The translations under genes and the position numbers were made by a program. Shown here one piece after another: positions 60,932-64,000 of a stretch of 64,000 nucleotides of DNA. This DNA comes from Candidatus Marinacidobacterales bacterium (GTDB taxonomy: Bacteria; Acidobacteriota; Vicinamibacteria; Marinacidobacterales; SMYC01): the NCBI GenBank assembly GCA_965237955.1, contig OZ250169.1, positions 7,296,001-7,360,000 on the forward strand, written 5' to 3'. A model generated the notes under the pieces. The model saw only the letters and a list, made by a program, of their open reading frames with translations. It had not been told where the DNA came from and did no database searches. Each line of letters begins with the position of its first letter. The first letter of the stretch is position 1.

Positions 60932-61864
60932 TTGCATGCGCCGTTTCTGGGGCGAGCCCTGCGGCGAGGATCGAGGAAAGCCTTGGCGCTTCACAAGCTA
61001 TGGAAGCAGAGCCCCGCGGGCGCTCTTGCGCTTGCCTTCGCGCTCGGGCTCGCCTGTTTCGCCGCGGCCGCGGTCCATTTTGTCCCACCGATGCTTTCCT
61101 CGAGCGCGGTCCCTCTCGGTGCCGGCTCTCAGCAAAGTATTTTCACGCTGCCCGAATACCTGAATGACCACTCGCGCCTCCCTTCACTCGGTGCGCCTGG
61201 CGTACCTCGCGAGTTCTACTTCACCCGGGCCGCGTACACCGGCTATTACCGGTTCCGCAACTTTCGCAGCTGGCAAGTCGATTTCCCCAAGGCGGACCGC
61301 CAATTCCTGATCGGCCTGACGCGCCTCACGAACCTCGACGCCTACGAAGCGGAGAACCCGGTTCGTCTGACGGATCCGGAGCTAAGCAAATACCCTTTCC
61401 TCTATACCGTCGAAGTCGGCTACATGGCGCTCACCGAGCCGGAAGTCGAAGGGCTGAGGCGCTACCTTCATGCGGGCGGGTTTCTCGTCGTCGACGACTT
61501 CTGGGGCTCGTTCGAGTGGGACAATTTCCAAAACCAGTTGCAGCGTATTCTCCCCGGCTACGCGATCGTCGATCTCCCGCTCGATCACCCGATCTTCAAC
61601 TGCTTCTATAACGTTCAGGAAATCGTCCAAGTGCCGAACGTGGGGCAAGGGATGCAAGGCGGCCCGACGTGGGAATCGGATGGCTACTATCCAGCGGTGA
61701 AGGGAGTCTTCGATGAGCAGGGCCGGCTGATGGTCGTCATCAACTGGAATACGGATCTGGGAGATGCCTGGGAGTGGGCCGAGAACCCTTACTACCCCCT
61801 AAAGTTCTCCACGTACGCCTACCAAATGGGAGTGAATTTCATTATCTACGCAATGAGTCATTGA
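60932..61864 (+). CDS. DUF4159 domain protein
   Basis: WQVDFPKAD, YPFLY, GGFLVVDDFWG, HPIF, NTDLGDAWE, GVNFIIYAMSH. Confidence 0.88.
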   Translation: MHAPFLGRALRRGSRKALALHKLWKQSPAGALALAFALGLACFAAAAVHFVPPMLSSSAVPLGAGSQQSIFTLPEYLNDHSRLPSLGAPGVPREFYFTRAAYTGYYRFRNFRSWQVDFPKADRQFLIGLTRLTNLDAYEAENPVRLTDPELSKYPFLYTVEVGYMALTEPEVEGLRRYLHAGGFLVVDDFWGSFEWDNFQNQLQRILPGYAIVDLPLDHPIFNCFYNVQEIVQVPNVGQGMQGGPTWESDGYYPAVKGVFDEQGRLMVVINWNTDLGDAWEWAENPYYPLKFSTYAYQMGVNFIIYAMSH

Positions 61865-64000
61865 TGGCATCTTGGTTCGAAAACCTCTTCGAGTTTCTTT
61901 TCAAGTATCGCCCGCTGCTGTTCGAACGAGGCGAGTTGAGCTTGGGTGTTTCCTGGCCGGTGATCGTTTTCGGTATCGCCGCCGTGGTGATCGCGGTGCC
62001 GACCGCGCTCCGCTATCGAGGCGTTCGAGGAAAAAGCTCCGCCCGGGACCGCACCATCCTGACGGTGCTCCGTACCGCGGCCCTCCTTCTCGTACTTTTC
62101 TGTCTGTTCCGGCCTTCTTTGGTCTTGTCGACGGTGGTGCCGCAGCGGAGCTTCGTCGGCATACTGCTCGACGATTCGAGCAGCATGCAGATTAGCGACG
62201 TCGACGACGAGCCACGCGGCGTATTCATTCAAGAGACGTTCGGCCCCGAAGGGAGCGCGCTCGCAAAAGCACTCGCCGACAAGTTCATGTTGCGGTTTTT
62301 CCGTTTCTCCGACTCCGCGGAGCGGTTGAACGATCCTGCGGCGTTGACGTTCGCGGGTCCACGCACGCACCTCGCGAGAGCCCTCGAGCGTGCCACCGAC
62401 GAGCTGTCGAACGTCCCCCTGGCCGGTCTCATCGTCATCAGCGACGGCGCGGACAACTCGAACGCGGCCGTGAGCGACACGCTGCTCGATCTCCAAGCGC
62501 GGAAAGTGCCGGTTTACACCGTCGGGCTCGGACGCGAACGATTCACTCGGGATATCGAAGTGACCCGAGTGGAAGCACCACGGACCGTGTTGGAAGGCTC
62601 GTCCCTGGTGGTGGACGTCACCATCTCGCAGCGCGGCTTCGACGGCGAGACCGTGAGGCTCGACGTCGAGGACGACGGCCGGATCGTCAGATCGCGCGAG
62701 GTCATGCTTTCGGGCGAGGCCGAGGCCACGACGGTTCGGATTCACTTCACCGCGGCCGATGCCGGCGCGCGGGTGTTTCGGTTCAAGGTCACCCCCGAGC
62801 AAGGCGAGATGGTGACCCAGAACAACGGGCGCGACCAGCTGATCCACGTGGAGGACGAGCGGCCGAAGATCTTGTACTTCGAAGGCGAGCCGCGGTTCGA
62901 GCTCAAGTTCGTCCGTCGCGCGGTCGCCGATGACGAGAACCTTCAAGTCGTGTGCTTGCAGCGCACCGCGGAGAACAAGTTTTACAGGTTGGATATCGAC
63001 GATCCGGACGAGCTTTCGAGCGGGTTTCCCAAGACCCGCGAGGAGCTCTTCCGCTACCGCGGCATCATCTTGGGAAGCGTTGAAGCGAGCTATTTCACCC
63101 ACGACCAGCTCCGGATGATTGCGGATTTCGTGAGTCAGCGGGGCGGCGGCTTGCTCACCCTCGGTGGACGGTTGTCGTTCTCCGAAGGCGGATACGCGGG
63201 CACGCCCGTGGCCGAAGTGTTGCCGGTGGTTCTGACGCCGATGGAGGCCATGGAGAAACGCTCGGAAGCCGGAGAGCAAGCTGGTCCCACTTTTTTCAGC
63301 GCGCTCACGATCAAACCGACGCCGTTCGGCGCGAGCCATCCGGTCACGCAGTTCGGACCGGATCTACAGGCGAGCTCGGAACGATGGGAGACGATGCCGT
63401 CGCTATCGACCTTGAACGTCGTCGAGCGGGTCAAGCCGGGTGCAACGACACTTCTCACCGGCACGGGCCCGGAAGTGGACACCCAACCCGTGCTGGTGTT
63501 CCAGCGCTACGGTCGCGGCCGGTCGGCTGCGCTCACCGTCAACGATTCCTGGCAGTGGCAGATGCACCACGAGATTCCGCTCGAAGACATGACCCACGAG
63601 CTTTTCTGGCGCAAGCTCTTACGCTGGCTCGTGAGCTACGTGCCCGACCAAGTCACGGTGACCACGGAAAAACAACGCTACGCGCCCGGTGAGAGCGTGT
63701 CGGTTATCGCCGAAGTCGACGACGATCGTTTCTTGAAAGTGAACAACGCTCGAGTGTCCGCGACGGTGCGCACTCCTTCCGGGGAGCGGTTCGATATACC
63801 GATGGAGTGGACGGTCGACAAAGACGGCGAGTATCAAGGTAGCTTCTTGCCGTCGGAAAAAGGCATCTACGAGATTGGTGTTTCGGCGACGCGCGACGGC
63901 GTCGAGCTCGGCAACGCGACCGGATTCACCCAGTCGCAGGAGCTGGACGACGAGTACTTTCAAGCCGAGATGCGTGCTCCGTTGATGGAGCGTATCGCCA
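61864..64000 (+). CDS. Large membrane protein with vWA-like and glutamine amidotransferase-like domains (partial, runs off the window)
   Basis: Open frame from ATG 61864 (MASWFENLFEFLFKYRP...LLDDSSSM...ISDGADNS...LYFEGEPRFE...QRYGRGR). Absent from the ORF track because there is no stop in the window. Confidence 0.88.
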   Translation, partial: MASWFENLFEFLFKYRPLLFERGELSLGVSWPVIVFGIAAVVIAVPTALRYRGVRGKSSARDRTILTVLRTAALLLVLFCLFRPSLVLSTVVPQRSFVGILLDDSSSMQISDVDDEPRGVFIQETFGPEGSALAKALADKFMLRFFRFSDSAERLNDPAALTFAGPRTHLARALERATDELSNVPLAGLIVISDGADNSNAAVSDTLLDLQARKVPVYTVGLGRERFTRDIEVTRVEAPRTVLEGSSLVVDVTISQRGFDGETVRLDVEDDGRIVRSREVMLSGEAEATTVRIHFTAADAGARVFRFKVTPEQGEMVTQNNGRDQLIHVEDERPKILYFEGEPRFELKFVRRAVADDENLQVVCLQRTAENKFYRLDIDDPDELSSGFPKTREELFRYRGIILGSVEASYFTHDQLRMIADFVSQRGGGLLTLGGRLSFSEGGYAGTPVAEVLPVVLTPMEAMEKRSEAGEQAGPTFFSALTIKPTPFGASHPVTQFGPDLQASSERWETMPSLSTLNVVERVKPGATTLLTGTGPEVDTQPVLVFQRYGRGRSAALTVNDSWQWQMHHEIPLEDMTHELFWRKLLRWLVSYVPDQVTVTTEKQRYAPGESVSVIAEVDDDRFLKVNNARVSATVRTPSGERFDIPMEWTVDKDGEYQGSFLPSEKGIYEIGVSATRDGVELGNATGFTQSQELDDEYFQAEMRAPLMERIA

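Noticed and set aside
59399-63339. Long antisense ORFs (for example 59399-60853 and 61858-63339; likewise 16412-17629 and 44976-45920)
   Set aside because: These are shadow frames of well-supported genes in GC-rich DNA, with no recognisable motifs.

Overview
A GC-rich bacterial chromosomal segment (roughly 60-65% GC by eye). The gene repertoire suggests Acidobacteriota, probably Vicinamibacteria-like; this is inference from the VWFA-type protein, DUF4159, TonB-fused kinase, bshC and yitJ. Positions 1-16 kb are an accessory patchwork. It holds an ISAzo13-type element, a lone integron attC site, an intact ISL3, IS91/IS3/IS110 remnants, an IS5 (IS903-group) element, several truncated genes, a GMC oxidoreductase pair and a compositionally foreign S9 peptidase. 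Positions 16-64 kb are mostly core or signalling genes: an SSS transporter, recQ, a PAS hybrid kinase with a sigma54 regulator (both interrupted), glpK, rfbA/rfbC, metH, a DAACS symporter, a second near-identical ISL3, fliA, bshC, a Ser/Thr kinase-PEGA-TonB with an FHA-RDD partner, lepB, argS, yitJ and the start of a DUF4159 operon. The most notable signals are: (i) a ~420-480 bp ISL3 non-coding leader whose nested stems have only G-U-compatible mismatches on the strand antisense to the transposase; (ii) a stand-alone sigma28 plus mini-FlgM pair with a well-spaced sigma28 promoter and no flagellar genes in the window; (iii) an orphan attC; (iv) an IS110 non-coding end, a possible bridge/seek-RNA remnant; (v) repeated leaderless-type promoters. 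No rRNA, tRNA or CRISPR array was recognised. All family calls come from motif recognition by eye, not from database searches.
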